Assembly (NCBI GenBank): GCA_951406725.2
Contig: OX597814.1
Coordinates: 2,790,001-2,854,000 of the forward strand
From: Octopus vulgaris
Taxonomy: Eukaryota
Length of the DNA stretch: 64,000 nt
Reading direction: 5' to 3'
The notes under the pieces are model-generated. The model searched no databases, had not been told where the DNA came from, and saw only the letters and a program-made list of their open reading frames with translations. Of this stretch, positions 25,153 to 38,216 are shown piece after piece (positions within the stretch are counted from its first letter, which is position 1; the number at the start of each line of letters is the position of its first letter). The position numbers were made by a program, and so were the translations under genes.

Positions 25153-25437
25153 GTAAGCAATTGCAGCGTGGAAGGTGCTTATAAGCCATTGAAAAACCCA
25201 CAAAAACCGTTATATTCACCTTGAAACCGCGACCAAAATTCTGTGCTGCGAATTTTGTCAGTGAACGGGTTGTGGTTTGAAAGCGATGAAAATATTTTGA
25301 CACAAATTAAATTTAAGTGTTGAAGTTGTGTTTTTGTGTGTTTTTAAATGGCTTATAAACTCCTTCCGCGCTGCAATTGTTTTTGTTTCAGCACACGATC
25401 TCAGATCAGATCACTTGCTATGCAAGTACATCTCCGT
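25153..25437. mobile_element. Family H4 fold-back element with decayed G3-C8 hammerhead (25251-25302, +)
   Basis: Inverted arms gcaattgcagcg.ggaagg / ccttccgcgctgcaattg; 12-bp TSD AATTCTTAATAT (25141-25152, 25438-25449). Confidence 0.82.
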
Positions 25438-26255
25438 AATTCTTAATATTTAATTCTGAAAATCCCAGATCTTTTAAAACACTGAATGTCAACGAGTGTG
25501 CAGTCGAGTGAAATAGGAATGAATGTGATCCATAGGCATAAAAATGGTTAGAAACCACTGTTGATCATCACCATCACGGTCATCATCGTCGTAGTCGCCA
25601 TCGTCAACGCATCCACCACCACCACCAACACCACCATCATCATCATCATCATCATCACTATCAGCAACAGCATTAACTGCTTCAAGAACGACAACTACAT
25701 CAGGTTTGAAATTCTACGATTGCTATTTCCGCAAAGACAGTAATACCATCAACAAGAACAACAACGGCAACAACAATCGTAAGAAACCATAACAGCAATG
25801 CCAACAACATAAGAGAGCAAACCAACAAAACACATAATAAAAAAAAAACAAAACAAATAAAGCTCGGTGCTAATTTTGTTTGAAACGACCAATCATTTTT
25901 TTTTTTTCGAAGTTCTTATCTGGTTTTTTGTCTATTTTTTGTGTTTTGTTTCGTTCATTTTGTTTTCGAAGGTTATCCTTCCTTTAATCGACTGGCTTCT
26001 CTTCCACTATCACACACAGACACAGCGCTTATTTACACACACACACAACACACACACACGCACGCACGCACACACATATACGCATGTATACACAAATGTA
26101 CGTACGCCTACAACACACTCATACATATCCACATTGCAAACACTCACTCGCACACACACACACATCATGGCTCTCCCTCACTCACACACATTCACTCTCC
26201 TGTCTCTTTTCCTCTTTGTCTATCTATCAATCTTCCTATATGTATGCGTTCGTAT

Positions 26256-26356
<101 letters not shown>

Positions 26357-26571
26357 GTCACACTTTCTCACTCCCGCTCTCTCTTTCACTCTCTCTCCCT
26401 CACCCTTCCTCTTTTTTTCATATCACTCAAATGTGTTTCACGGCTTTGATTTCATCTTCATAGTTATCCCCCTTTCACATCTTTCTTTCACTTTCCTCCA
26501 TTAATTCCTTTCCTTTTTCTGCCTCTCTATCTCTCTCTCTATCTAATTATCTGTCTAATTATAGCTTACCT

Positions 26572-26636
<65 letters not shown>

Positions 26637-26673
26637 ATGTATATGTATACATGTACGTGTGTGTGTGTATATA

Positions 26674-26716
<43 letters not shown>

Positions 26717-26899
26717 GTATATATGTGTGTGTGTGCTTATGTATAGATATGTATGTAAATATATATAGATATATATATGTATATATATGTATATATATTT
26801 ACATACATAGATGCATATTTATATACATATATATACACACACAGCTGATTTTTTTGAAATTCTCTGTTTATACATACATATATTTATAAATATGTTTGT

Positions 26900-26910
26900 G
26901 TATATATGTG

Positions 26911-26944
<34 letters not shown>

Positions 26945-27014
26945 TGTATGTATGTGTATGTTTGTATGTATGTATATATGTTTATATATATATATATTTA
27001 TAAATATGTTTCTG

Positions 27015-27048
<34 letters not shown>

Positions 27049-27306
27049 TGTATGTATGTATATATGTAGGCATGCATGTATGTATGTGTTTATGGTGACC
27101 TATTTTTGTATCTATGCAACTATCTGTTCTTCTATAATCTATATTGGTGAGGACGTATTTAAGCATTGCCCCCACACACTCATACGTTTTTGAGCGTGTA
27201 TACATACATACATACAAACATACATACATACATACATACATACATACATACATACATACACATACATACATACATACATACATACATACATACATACATA
27301 CATACA

Positions 27307-27340
<34 letters not shown>

Positions 27341-27350
27341 CATACATGTA
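26900..27350. repeat. (ATGT)n / (ACAT)n tracts in opposite orientation
   Basis: Direct reading. Confidence 0.9.
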
Positions 27351-27779
27351 TATGGTGTGTATATTTATATATTCCCACATTTTAAAAAATTCATACGCTC
27401 CATAACTTAATACTCCATTTTAACAATCCCCCCGACCCCGACCCCGTCCCCTTGTCACTTCCCTCCCCACACCACCGCTTCCCCCCACCCCATTTAATAC
27501 CAAATTACCCCATTATATCCACCCCTCTCCACTTTCCCATGACATTCCCCTTAAATCGCCCTCCCTGCCAACCTTGCTCCCCCGCCCCACCATCACCCAC
27601 CACCACCATCACAAAAACGCCACTATCAATGTTTACGTATCCCATCATCCACTAAAAAATAGTCGGAAGTGGAAGGGGGTGGGGGGCGATTATTCATATT
27701 CCTTTATCTTACCTTACTTCCGTTATTTTCACAATTTCACTTTGAACTTTGCTTTACTTTTTCTCTATTTGTTATTATT

Positions 27780-27813
<34 letters not shown>

Positions 27814-27841
27814 ACATCATCACTATTATCATCACTATTAA

Positions 27842-27917
<76 letters not shown>

Positions 27918-28053
27918 ATTGTTATCGTTATTATGTCAATGTTTCTCCACTTTCATCACCTTTCATATTTAACAAAATATATCCCGTTTTGTTGTTGCTG
28001 TTCTTGTTATTGTATTAACGGGGCTCTCCTGCTCGCTGCATACATTTCTTTAA

Positions 28054-28094
<41 letters not shown>

Positions 28095-28740
28095 ACAGTA
28101 GTAGTGGTTTGTGATAGTGATAGTTGTTCTTGTTAATTTTGTTGTTCATTCATTAGAACGCATATTACTTGCTGTTGTTGTTGTTGTTGTTGTTGTTGCA
28201 AGAATGACAATTGATATTGTTCTTGTTCGTGTTGTCCACAATGTTTCATATACTTTGTTTTTTTCGATGTTTCTCGTTGTTGTTGAACCCTGAATTTAAT
28301 TCTGATACCACGAACCTGTTATTAAACGTTTCCAGCCAAGAAAACCTCATCATAGTTTTAGACATTTTATATACTGGGACATCACTAACCTGTCTCCTCA
28401 TATTTGGTTGCTATTTCTGGCAGAAAGAATAGTCCTTTAGTGGTTGTTGTTGTTATTTAGCGTTACGGGATCTGTTATGGAGCAGCCCTATAATCATACA
28501 CAACCCAGCCGTGAATATCTTAGAGTACCTAGGAACGCATTGGTTATACAGTTGTTTAAGGTAGTTCAGAGTTAACCGATGGTAATATGGCCGTTCTTTA
28601 TAGAATGACGAATGTCTTTATATTGTTTTTCAATATGATGTGTTATTTAGTTCATATTTTCTCGGAGCTGACCTTGTCAGAGATCAGTCACAATTCAGTA
28701 AACCTCTATGTATGTATGTATGTATGTATGTATGTTGGTT

Positions 28741-29124
28741 GGAAGCACTCCGTCGGTTACGACGATGAGGGTTCCGGTTGATCCGAATCAACGGAACAGC
28801 CTGCTCGTGAAATTAACGTGTAAGTGGCTGAGCACTCCACAGACACGTGTACCCTTAAAGTAGTTCTCGGGGATATTCAGCGTGACACAGAGAGTGACAA
28901 GACCGGCCCTTTGAAATACAGGTACAACAGAAACAGGAAGAAAGAGTGACAGAAAGTTGTGGTAAAAGAGTACAGCAGGGATCACCACCATCCCTGCCGT
29001 AGCCTCGTTGAGCTTTTAGGTGTTTTCGCTCAATAAACACTCCCAACGCCCGGTCTGGGAATCGAAACCGCGATCCTATGACCGCGAGTCCGCTGCCCTA
29101 ACCACTGGGCCATTGCGCCTCCAC
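28741..29124 (-). mobile_element. Full-length SINE family C (tRNA-derived)
   Basis: Reverse complement of 30663-31050. Confidence 0.92.
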
Positions 29125-29291
29125 TGTATGTATGTATGTATGTATGTATGTATGTATGTATGTATGTATGTATGTATATACGTATGTATGTTTGTATGTA
29201 TGTATGTATGTATGTATGTATGTATGTATGTATGTATATACGTATGTATATACGTATGTATGTATGTATGTATGTATGTATGTATGTATGT

Positions 29292-30000
29292 CATTATTCG
29301 GTTTATTTCAAAAATGTTTGCCAGTAGTGAAAGAACAGGTTTCTAACCTAGATCCAAGGAATTTCAGCATCCACAACAGGGTATTTTTGTATTTATGTAT
29401 GTATGTATGTATGTATGTATGCATTTATGTATATTTGTATGTATGTATGTATGTATGTATGTATGTATGTATGCATTTATGTATATTTGTATGTATGTAT
29501 GTATGTATGCATGCATGTATGTATGTATGCATTTATGTATATTTGTATGTATGTATGTATGTATGTATGTATGTATGTATGTATGTATGTATGTATGTAT
29601 GTATGTATGTATGTATGTATGTGCAGATTTGTATGTTTTATGTATATATTCTCATGCATAGAGTTACATATCTAGGCATGCTCATGTATATTTAAATGAT
29701 AAATTTCTGGAAAGTTTTACAGATTTTTACAGTTCCAGTGATGGATTGGATCTGTAGTCTTCGAATTAGCATTCTCCTTTATGGTTCTGAGAAGCTTAAT
29801 TTCTGAAGATTGGTATTTAAGCAGTGTGTTACATATCCCAGAGCCCCAATAATTACAGGTATAAACCTGAACTTGTAATCTGGATAGAGTAACAGCAGAT
29901 TTCTCAATAGTTCAGCGTAGGTGTTCTCTTTTCCACTGATCTTCAGCTTTATGTTAACATCCGCTGGACAGCTAATTTCCACAACTGTGCACAGTTTCTC
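29292..30000 (-). mobile_element. 3' part of an R4-like LINE (restriction-like endonuclease) with (ACAT)n in and after its 3'UTR
   Basis: VEISCPADVNI..KISGKENTYAEL...FIPVIIGALGYV...IRRLQIQSITGTVKICKTF (coding about 29692-30000); AATAAA at 29307-29302 followed by (ACAT)n. The 3' boundary is inferred. Confidence 0.8.
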
Positions 30001-30092
<92 letters not shown>

Positions 30093-30117
30093 ATATCTAT
30101 ATATCTATCTATCTATC

Positions 30118-30328
30118 AAGACCACGGTAACCATGTGACATTATTTACCGAGGTTACCGTGGTCTTTTCCGTAGGCTTTTCTTTCCACGGATAACCCTTA
30201 TCTGTTTCCCGCTTTACACTTTACATTATGACATTTCTGTGATACACGATCCTTATTGATCATTTTTTTACGATCCCTTTTGATCGAAAACCTACCCCTT
30301 TCAGCCCTGTTTGTCTAATACATAAACA
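30118..30328 (+). mobile_element. Short diverged 3' fragment of the Tx1-like LINE in (TATC)n
   Basis: ccgaggttaccgtggtcttttccgtaggcttttctttccacgg matches 17990-18032; TATC on both sides. Confidence 0.85.
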
Positions 30329-30472
30329 TATCTATCTATATGTCTGTCTAATTGTCTGTCTGTATATCTATATATCTATCCATCAATCTATTTTAGATAA
30401 AAATTGCAAGTATATATCTGCAAATAATGCATGACCTCAGCCCTCGAGCTGGAACTAGTTGAGGAGTGAAAT

Positions 30473-30657
<185 letters not shown>

Positions 30658-30662
30658 TCAAT

Positions 30663-31050
30663 GTGGAGGCGCAATGGCCCAGTGGTTAGGGCAGCGGTCA
30701 CGCGGTCATAGGATCGCGGTTTCGATTCCCAGACCGGGCGTTGTGAGTGTTTATTGAGCGAAAACACCTAAAGCTTCACAAGGCTCCTGCAGGGGGTGGT
30801 GGTGATCCCTGCTGTACTCTTTCACCACAACTTTCTCTCACTCTTACTTCCTGTTTCTGTTGTACCTGTATTTCAAAGGGCCGGCCTTGTCACTCTCTGT
30901 GTCACGCTGAATATCCCCGAGAACTACGTTAAGGGTACACGTGTCTGTGGAGTGCTCAGCCACTTACACGTTAATTTCACTTGCAGGCTGTTCCGTTGAT
31001 TCGGATCAACCGGAACCCTCGTCGTCGTAACCGACGGAGTGCTTCAATCC
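30663..31050 (+). mobile_element. Full-length SINE family C with TSD
   Basis: Box A tggcccagtggtt, box B gtttcgattcc; 11-bp TSD ATATGGTCAAT (30652-30662, 31051-31061). Confidence 0.93.
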
Positions 31051-31543
31051 ATATGGTCAATAAGATACAATTTTTTCTTATACGGCAAAGCTCATTTAGC
31101 CGCAACATATACAAAATTCTATACACAAAAACCTTTCCCTATACAAAAGACTCAAAGTAACATGTGATCCCTTTTTATTTACCTTTTCTCGTTTTCTCTT
31201 GTGGTACAGTATGTCAATCTTACCTCATGGATACATACACTAATATATTTTCAGTCAAACGACAATACGAAAACATTTATTCTTTGAAAACGTATTTTCA
31301 TATTTTTATTTTCATCCATATAAATACACAAATAAAGATATTTTCCCTTTATGTCAAAAAGTTAAACCTGTTTAAATACCCCAAAAATTATGTGTGTATA
31401 CTTAAATATTTGACACATTAAAAACCACCTTCATAATCTTTTGGGATTAAACTGATGTTTATTCAGTTAACTGGATACTACACTAATCAGGTTCTTAAAT
31501 GAAGTGCTAACGAGATGATAGTTTTGATTATAATTATCCCCTT

Positions 31544-31581
<38 letters not shown>

Positions 31582-31584
<3 letters not shown>

Positions 31585-31906
31585 CGGAGATGTACTTGCA
31601 TAGCAAGTGACCTGATCTGAGATCGTGTGCTGAAACAAAAATAATTGCAGCGTGGAAGGTGTTTACAAGCCATTTAAAAACACACAAAAACCGTTAGATT
31701 CACTTCAACATTTAAATTTAATTTGTCAAAATATTTTCGTCGCTTTGAGACCGCGACCTGTTCACTGACAAAATTCACTGCTGATGCAGTACGGTTTCAA
31801 AACGACGAAAATATTTTGTCAAATTAAATTAAAATGTTGAAGTGAATCTAACGGTTTTTGTGTGTTTTTAAATGGCTTATAAACACCTTCCTCGCTGCAA
31901 TTGTTT
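31582..31906. mobile_element. Family H4 fold-back element in (TA)n
   Basis: 31643-31753 is inverted at 31792-31903. Confidence 0.88.
31722..31773 (-). ncRNA. Minimal type I hammerhead fold with G3-C8 core variant (predicted)
   Basis: TTTGTCA-GTGAACA-g-GTCGC-ggtctcaaa-GCGAC-GAAA-ATATTT^TGACAAA: 7-bp stem I, 5-bp stem II, palindromic AATATT stem III. Confidence 0.78.
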
Positions 31907-31937
31907 ATATATATATATATATGAAAATATTGTATAT

Positions 31938-32014
<77 letters not shown>

Positions 32015-32015
<1 letters not shown>

Positions 32016-32221
32016 GGCAGAAACGTTAGCATGCTGGACGAAATGCGTAGCTGTATTTCGCCTGCCGTTACGTTCTGAGTTCAAATTCCGCCGAGGTCGA
32101 CTTTGCCTTTCATCCTTTCGGGGTCGATAAATTAAGTACCAGTTACGCACTGGGGTCGACGTAATCCGTTTGTGTGTCCTTATTTGTCCCCTCTGTGTGT
32201 AGCCCCTTGTGGGTAGTAAAG

Positions 32222-32226
<5 letters not shown>
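32015..32226 (+). mobile_element. SINE family A
   Basis: Matches 18653-18882. Confidence 0.9.
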
Positions 32227-32313
<87 letters not shown>

Positions 32314-32479
32314 TTAGATAGATAGATAGATAGACAGTGAAATATTCGAGTTAAAGGAGGATCCAGGTTTCCCCTGTCGGTATATTCAACCAAACACACA
32401 CTCTGCATGCCTTTATCATTTATGATTAATTTTACAATAAATATTTCTTTGTTATTTCTCAATCTCCGTTTAAAATAAT

Positions 32480-32865
32480 GTTTCAGAGTTCCTCTAAAAA
32501 TACGTGGCCAGAGCTCAAGAAAAGATGCGCCGCAAGCAAGTCGTGAGATATGAAATTCAAGATCAAGAGAACCCCTCATTTTCAGGCTCTATCAATTGGT
32601 AAAGTTACACTCCAGGAACAGTCATTGCTCTCAATATAAATGTTTTTAGCGAAGAGTGGAATTACGTGAGTTGTCCTTGATAAGACGTGAAGAAGGTTCA
32701 CACTTTCCAACAAAGATTGTTTGGGGTGACGAGGTTACATTTGAATTAAATGCCTCTAGTAACCGACTCATATAAAACTTCTGGGCCTCTAAGGATCTGC
32801 ATGTTGTGGAGTTGCATCATATTAATTTACCAGAAGTTACAGTATGTTGCAGTTTTGTAATCAAA
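32480..32865 (+). pseudogene. Decayed Tc1/mariner-superfamily transposase fragment
   Basis: SSRKDAPQASRE...FPTKIVWGDEVTFELNASSNRLI*NFWASKDLHVVELHHINLPEVTVCC resembles I.WSDEA.F.LNG.VNRHN..YW..ENPH......N.P.V.VWC. Confidence 0.72.
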
Positions 32866-32889
32866 ACGATCTATCTATCTATCTATCTA

Positions 32890-32938
<49 letters not shown>

Positions 32939-33009
32939 ATATATATATATACATATAGATATATACATCACAATGTAGCTTTGTCTATTTCCCCCTCCCT
33001 TACTCTCTC

Positions 33010-33071
<62 letters not shown>

Positions 33072-33969
33072 ACACAATAAACAAATATCCGCGACCCACC
33101 GACTGATAACTATCTTTAGGTCACCACACTATCTCAATATATAAATACGGCGCTGACTTTTGTCTAGAATTTGAAAAATACTAATTTTTTTAGTTTTCTG
33201 CAACATCATACTGAACAAATGTATTTTAATCGCTCTCTTATTGCGCAGTGGTTTTCTTCTCAAAAGAGGGGACATAAGTGCTACAAAAGTAGCAAGGATA
33301 TCCACATTATGTTGGAGATTAAGATTATCTTCTGGCCAAGACAACATTTTGGTATCAATACTGTTTCTGTCTCTATTACTTATTTCTTAAGAAGCCCATT
33401 GGCTATTTGGACACTAGAACCTGAATGGGCACTCAGATTCTATACATAGTTGACGGGAGATTCGGCTGTTACTGCATTGTTGGCCATCTGTCACTGAGGA
33501 ACCCATAGCAAGGTGAAATCACGGGAACTGGCTGTTCATTTTGACGACCGGTACAGATGATTGTCATCTGCGAAAGATACTTGTGCTTTTAGGCACAACG
33601 AGACATTATGAGAAATTCTGAAAATGGCGTGTAGAGGGACATCGTATTTCGTTATGCAGCCACGATACACTGCAAAGTATATTAAACGTTTTTATAAGTC
33701 ATATTTGTGATATGCTTTGTTCTTCAGTGTTAGCAGTGCTATTATATCACTTGTTAAAATTATCTCTGCAGTTTCCACAGAAATTATAATCAGCACTAAT
33801 TTTATTGCATACCAGCTTCTAGGAATGTGTTTTACACGTTGCCTGCCACAGGATATTGATATGATCTGCTTCTATTTGTCTAAAGGGTTCCTTTTCTGAT
33901 TAATTTTGTGTGGTGCTATACAGGTAGATAATACATGTAATTACACTACAATGACGTGATACAAGTTAA

Positions 33970-34922
33970 CTCATAGTAATGCAATATGCTCAGATTGGTT
34001 TACTATGAAGGCTTTGAGGGTTTGGTATTCATTATTTGACTATGTCTCTTCATTGTATAATGCTTTCTTTATTTTTTCAGATTTATAAAGAACTATCATA
34101 AATTTGGTTTGTAATACATAAGATGCCCCAAAAGCCTTTCCAGTGAAAAAGAATTGCTGGAATACTTCAGGAACCCGCGAAAATGAACTATCGGAAGATG
34201 ATGTCTTAGAGTCAGAGAGTGAACACTCAGATGCTTTGGATACAAATCATGTAGCAAATACCAGTGGAAGTAATACCAGTGACACCAGTTCTACTGAAAA
34301 AGATGAACAATTAGTTGCCCGAGGTCGTAAGAGACAACAAGTTAACTTGTATTATTGGGCAATTAAAAGGTGTCTTTAGTGTTTCCACAAAACACTCACA
34401 ATGTTAGTTCCAAGACGCCTGTTCATTTTAAGCATGTTACAATAAAATAGACTGCCACGAGTATACTCCTACCTGTATAATACAGTGATGATATTTTTAT
34501 CATCACTGTATTATATAGTCTTTTCATTATTATATCATCACTATTATATATTATAATTTTCATTCCTACATATTAATTTATATGCATGTTTATAGGCATA
34601 AGTCACGTTTGAATTTAGTTTTGTAAATTTTTAATTTTTAATCAATTAAATTATGGATTGCACAGCAAGGTTTGGCGAATTTATTTGCACACACGCATAT
34701 TTGTCTGTTAATTACATTCGTAACTGTTAAGATATTAAAATTTATAATAAAGTTATTTAGAGACCTGACGATTGGGTTGTGTTTAAGAAATGTTCCTGTA
34801 AAAGACTGTGTGTTTAAGGAACGGTAAAAGAACCTCATGAAACACGGGTAGCAGAGAAATTTAGAAATGATTTGTAAGTATAAAAATAAAATTCTCTAAT
34901 ATGGTGTGATGTATATTAAGAG
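33970..34922 (+). mobile_element. Possible internally deleted piggyBac-like element
   Basis: TTAA|CTCATAGTA ... TATTAAGAG|TTGA imperfect ends; acidic peptide SEKELLEY...ELSEDDVLESESEHSD (34124-34350) resembles piggyBac N-termini. Confidence 0.35.
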
Positions 34923-35036
34923 TTGATGTTTTGCATGGGGACTTCTATCTCTAAATAACATATATTTCCTTAACGAGAATAATTCATTTTATTTAAATCC
35001 CTGTGATGCCGGAATTTTTAATCCCTAATAGATAAA

Positions 35037-35086
<50 letters not shown>

Positions 35087-35088
<2 letters not shown>

Positions 35089-35212
35089 ACCACATGCTTC
35101 CGGGTTCAGTCCCACTGCGTGGCACTTTGGGCAAGTGTCTTTTACTATAGCCTCGGGCCGACCAAAGCCTTGTGAGTGGATTTGGTAGACGGAAACTGAA
35201 AGAAGCCCGTCG

Positions 35213-35263
<51 letters not shown>

Positions 35264-35476
35264 ATGTTTGTGTGTCTGTGTTTGTCCCCCTAGCATTGCT
35301 TGATAACCGATGCTGGTGTGTTTATGTCCCCGTTACTTAGCGGTCCGGCAAAAGAGACCGATAGAATAAGTACTGGGACAACAAAAGAATAAGTCTCGGG
35401 GTCAAGTTGCTCGATTAAAGGCGGTGCTCCAGCATGGCCGCAGTCAAATGACTGAAGCAAGTAAAAGAGTAAAAGA

Positions 35477-35478
<2 letters not shown>
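35087..35478 (+). mobile_element. Near full-length SINE family B with internal (TA)n(TG)n
   Basis: Joins the 5' and 3' halves seen separately elsewhere. Confidence 0.9.
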
Positions 35479-35512
<34 letters not shown>

Positions 35513-35517
<5 letters not shown>

Positions 35518-36502
35518 ATATAAAAGGGCTTAGTAAAATAAATTACTTTGCCGCATACTGAACTCATTAGAAATAGCAGCTAAAAAACTTTTTTAAAAAA
35601 CCATTTCTAATACTTAAAGAAAATCTCTCTCGTATAGTGTTTGGTCAACTCAACTCACGAAAGTTTGGGGGTAAAGACATAAAAAAAATCAAATGCAAAG
35701 GTTATTCGAGAACGTACGTTTCAAGATTAGTCATCAAGACACTTCTATCATCAGCTCAGAAACTCCATGGTTTGGATTTGAAAACACTGAAAGTGAGAGC
35801 ATACTCTTTCGGCCTCTCATCACCTTCGAAGATCTGCTCGTAACTAACAGTGCCAACAAACTCAAACATGCAAGCGAAGAATTTCTGTCCTCCCCTTTCC
35901 ACCAGCGTGGGTTAAAATCAACAAACACTCTGCTTATTTCGGTAAAATCCGAAGCATTAATTAGAGGGAGATTAATTATAATTTCAACAATTGAGGGTAA
36001 AATTAATTAATTATTAATTAATTTCACCAAGTGTTCAGTATGCAAAGGGACCATGTTTGAGTTTGTTGGCACTGTTAGTTACGAGCAGATCTTCGAAGGC
36101 GATGAGAGGCCGAAAGAGTATGCTCTCACTTTCAGTGTTTTCAAATCCAAACCATGGAGTTTCTGAGCTGATGATAGAAGTGTCTTGATGACTAATCTTG
36201 AAACGTACGTTCTCGAATAACCTTTGCATTTGATTTTTTTTATGTCTTTACCCCCAAACTTTCGTGAGTTGAGTTGACCAAACACTATACGAGAGAGATT
36301 TTCTTTAAGTATAAGAAATGGTTTTTAAAAAAGTTTTTTAGCTGCTATTTCTAATGAGTTCAGTATGCGGCAAAGTAATTTATTTTACTAAGCCCTTTTA
36401 TATATTGTAATAATTTGAATTCGCCTTAAATGGTCCCTTTGCATACTGAACACTTGGTGAAATTAATTAATAATTAATTAATTTTACCCTCAATTGTTGA
36501 AA
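35513..36502. mobile_element. Family H3: circularly permuted unit + about 450-bp inverted arm, within (TA)n
   Basis: 36053-36410 inverts 35513-35869 almost perfectly; 36420-36502 inverts 35981-36052; hammerheads at 35705-35762 (-) and 36160-36217 (+). Confidence 0.92.
36160..36217 (+). ncRNA. Type I hammerhead ribozyme (predicted)
   Basis: tctGAG-CTGATGA-tAGA-agtgtcttgatgactaa-TCTt-GAAACGTACGTT^CTCga; palindromic stem III AACGTACGTT. Confidence 0.8.
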
Positions 36503-36565
36503 TATATATATATATATATATTGCAAACATAAAACGGAAGATGGAATATATGAGTATTTATTATT

Positions 36566-36673
36566 AATCACGACAATTGTTTCGGCACATCTAGCATCGA
36601 ATCCTCTTGAATGGGACACTCAACAACTGGTTCAGGAGCATCCGGTGGTGCAGATGTACCTCGCCGTGTGATA
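36566..36673 (-). ncRNA. Hammerhead-like scaffold with long stem II insertion and degenerate first core
   Basis: ATCAC-acggcga-GGTACATCT...AGATGTGCC-GAAACAATTGTC^GTGAT. Confidence 0.5.
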
Positions 36674-37483
36674 AATAAATTCAACTCGTTAAAAGGACAC
36701 ATATGCATGTATGTATGCACATTCGGATTGATATAGAAGCATATATACGCTACATTCGTTTCAAGTGCCTCACAGAGTTAGTTTTCCACTTAGCAGAGGC
36801 AGTTCTGTCCAAAAGTCTGCTACAGATTTTCTGCTCCTCAAACTTCACCCATTGGTGACACGATATTGGACTACAAAACCTTGTGGCACTGTGGAGTGGA
36901 ATTGATCCGGAAATCACGTTGTTGCAAACGAACCGCTTTAACCATGCCGCTATGCTTTCATCCAATCTGATATTTACATCTCGATGAAGTAAAAGGCCTC
37001 TCTGAGGTGAAAGTTTCTCATTGTGATGAGGGAGAGATGTAAAGGAAACGAGATACACATAAAGACAAATTATTTTGTGAGAGGTGGACTAATCTGCTTA
37101 GAACGTGGCAGGGCTTGTAAAGAAATAACAATAGAAGTACCTGAAGATGGTAAAAGAAAAAAACACACACATATAAGGAGAGGAGATAAATAAGAAACTG
37201 AACAATGAATATGAAGAATTAAACAGCAAACAGAAAAAAAGAACCGAAGCTCCCTTAACCTTAAAAAAAACAACATGGAGAGAATACGAAAAAAACGTAA
37301 AATACAAAACATAGAGTGTTTTGGCAGATGACCTTTGAGGTTTGAACTGTGAAAAACAAGGCCAGATCAATGGAGGTATCTTAGTTTAAACGTTCCGCCA
37401 TATCTCAGTCGAGATCTATAGATCTAGCTGGGATATTCTAGAAAATGGAGTCAACCAATCAGGGAAGATATTGGATGAGAAGA

Positions 37484-37518
<35 letters not shown>

Positions 37519-37843
37519 GAGAGAGAGAAGATGTAAAAAATAGAGTGGGTTGCAAAAAAAGGTGGGGATCCGGTATATGAGTCGAAAAGATAAAATAAAA
37601 GACCCATGGGAAATCAATTAAGGATGAAGGAGATGGACAGAAGTCGATTTAATTGCGAAGAGAGAGGGAGAGACAGAGAGGGAGAGAGGGAGGGAGAGTG
37701 GGGGAGAGAGAGAGAGATTGAGTCTGACTGACATTACAGATTTGTTAAGATTGGTCTCTAGTTGGATGTTAAATATAATAAATAACAATAATAACAACGT
37801 CAACAATAATGTGATAGGGATAATAATAATCATAATAATGATG

Positions 37844-37889
<46 letters not shown>

Positions 37890-38018
37890 CAGTAGTAACG
37901 ACATCAACAACAGTTACAAAAAACGCTAACGATAATAATGATAATGATGATAATGACGATGAGGATGATGTTGATGTTGATGATGATGTTGATGATGATG
38001 ATGAAGATGATAACAATA

Positions 38019-38053
<35 letters not shown>

Positions 38054-38171
38054 TAAATAAAGGAATTGTTAAAGAAAAACAAAACTGGTAGATAATTTGC
38101 CATATTGGTGATAAGATGGAGTCAAGTAAACAAGAGAAGGAAAAAATATTAATTTGATAAAAATGTATTAT

Positions 38172-38216
<45 letters not shown>

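Noticed and set aside
28318-28360. TGATGA...GAAACGTT on the minus strand as a hammerhead
   Set aside because: C3 is missing and stems I and II are not convincing.
30663-30740. tRNA genes at SINE heads (also about 11150, 24908, 47225, 58940)
   Set aside because: Box A/B are present but no clear acceptor stem, and they continue into repeat bodies; SINE heads.
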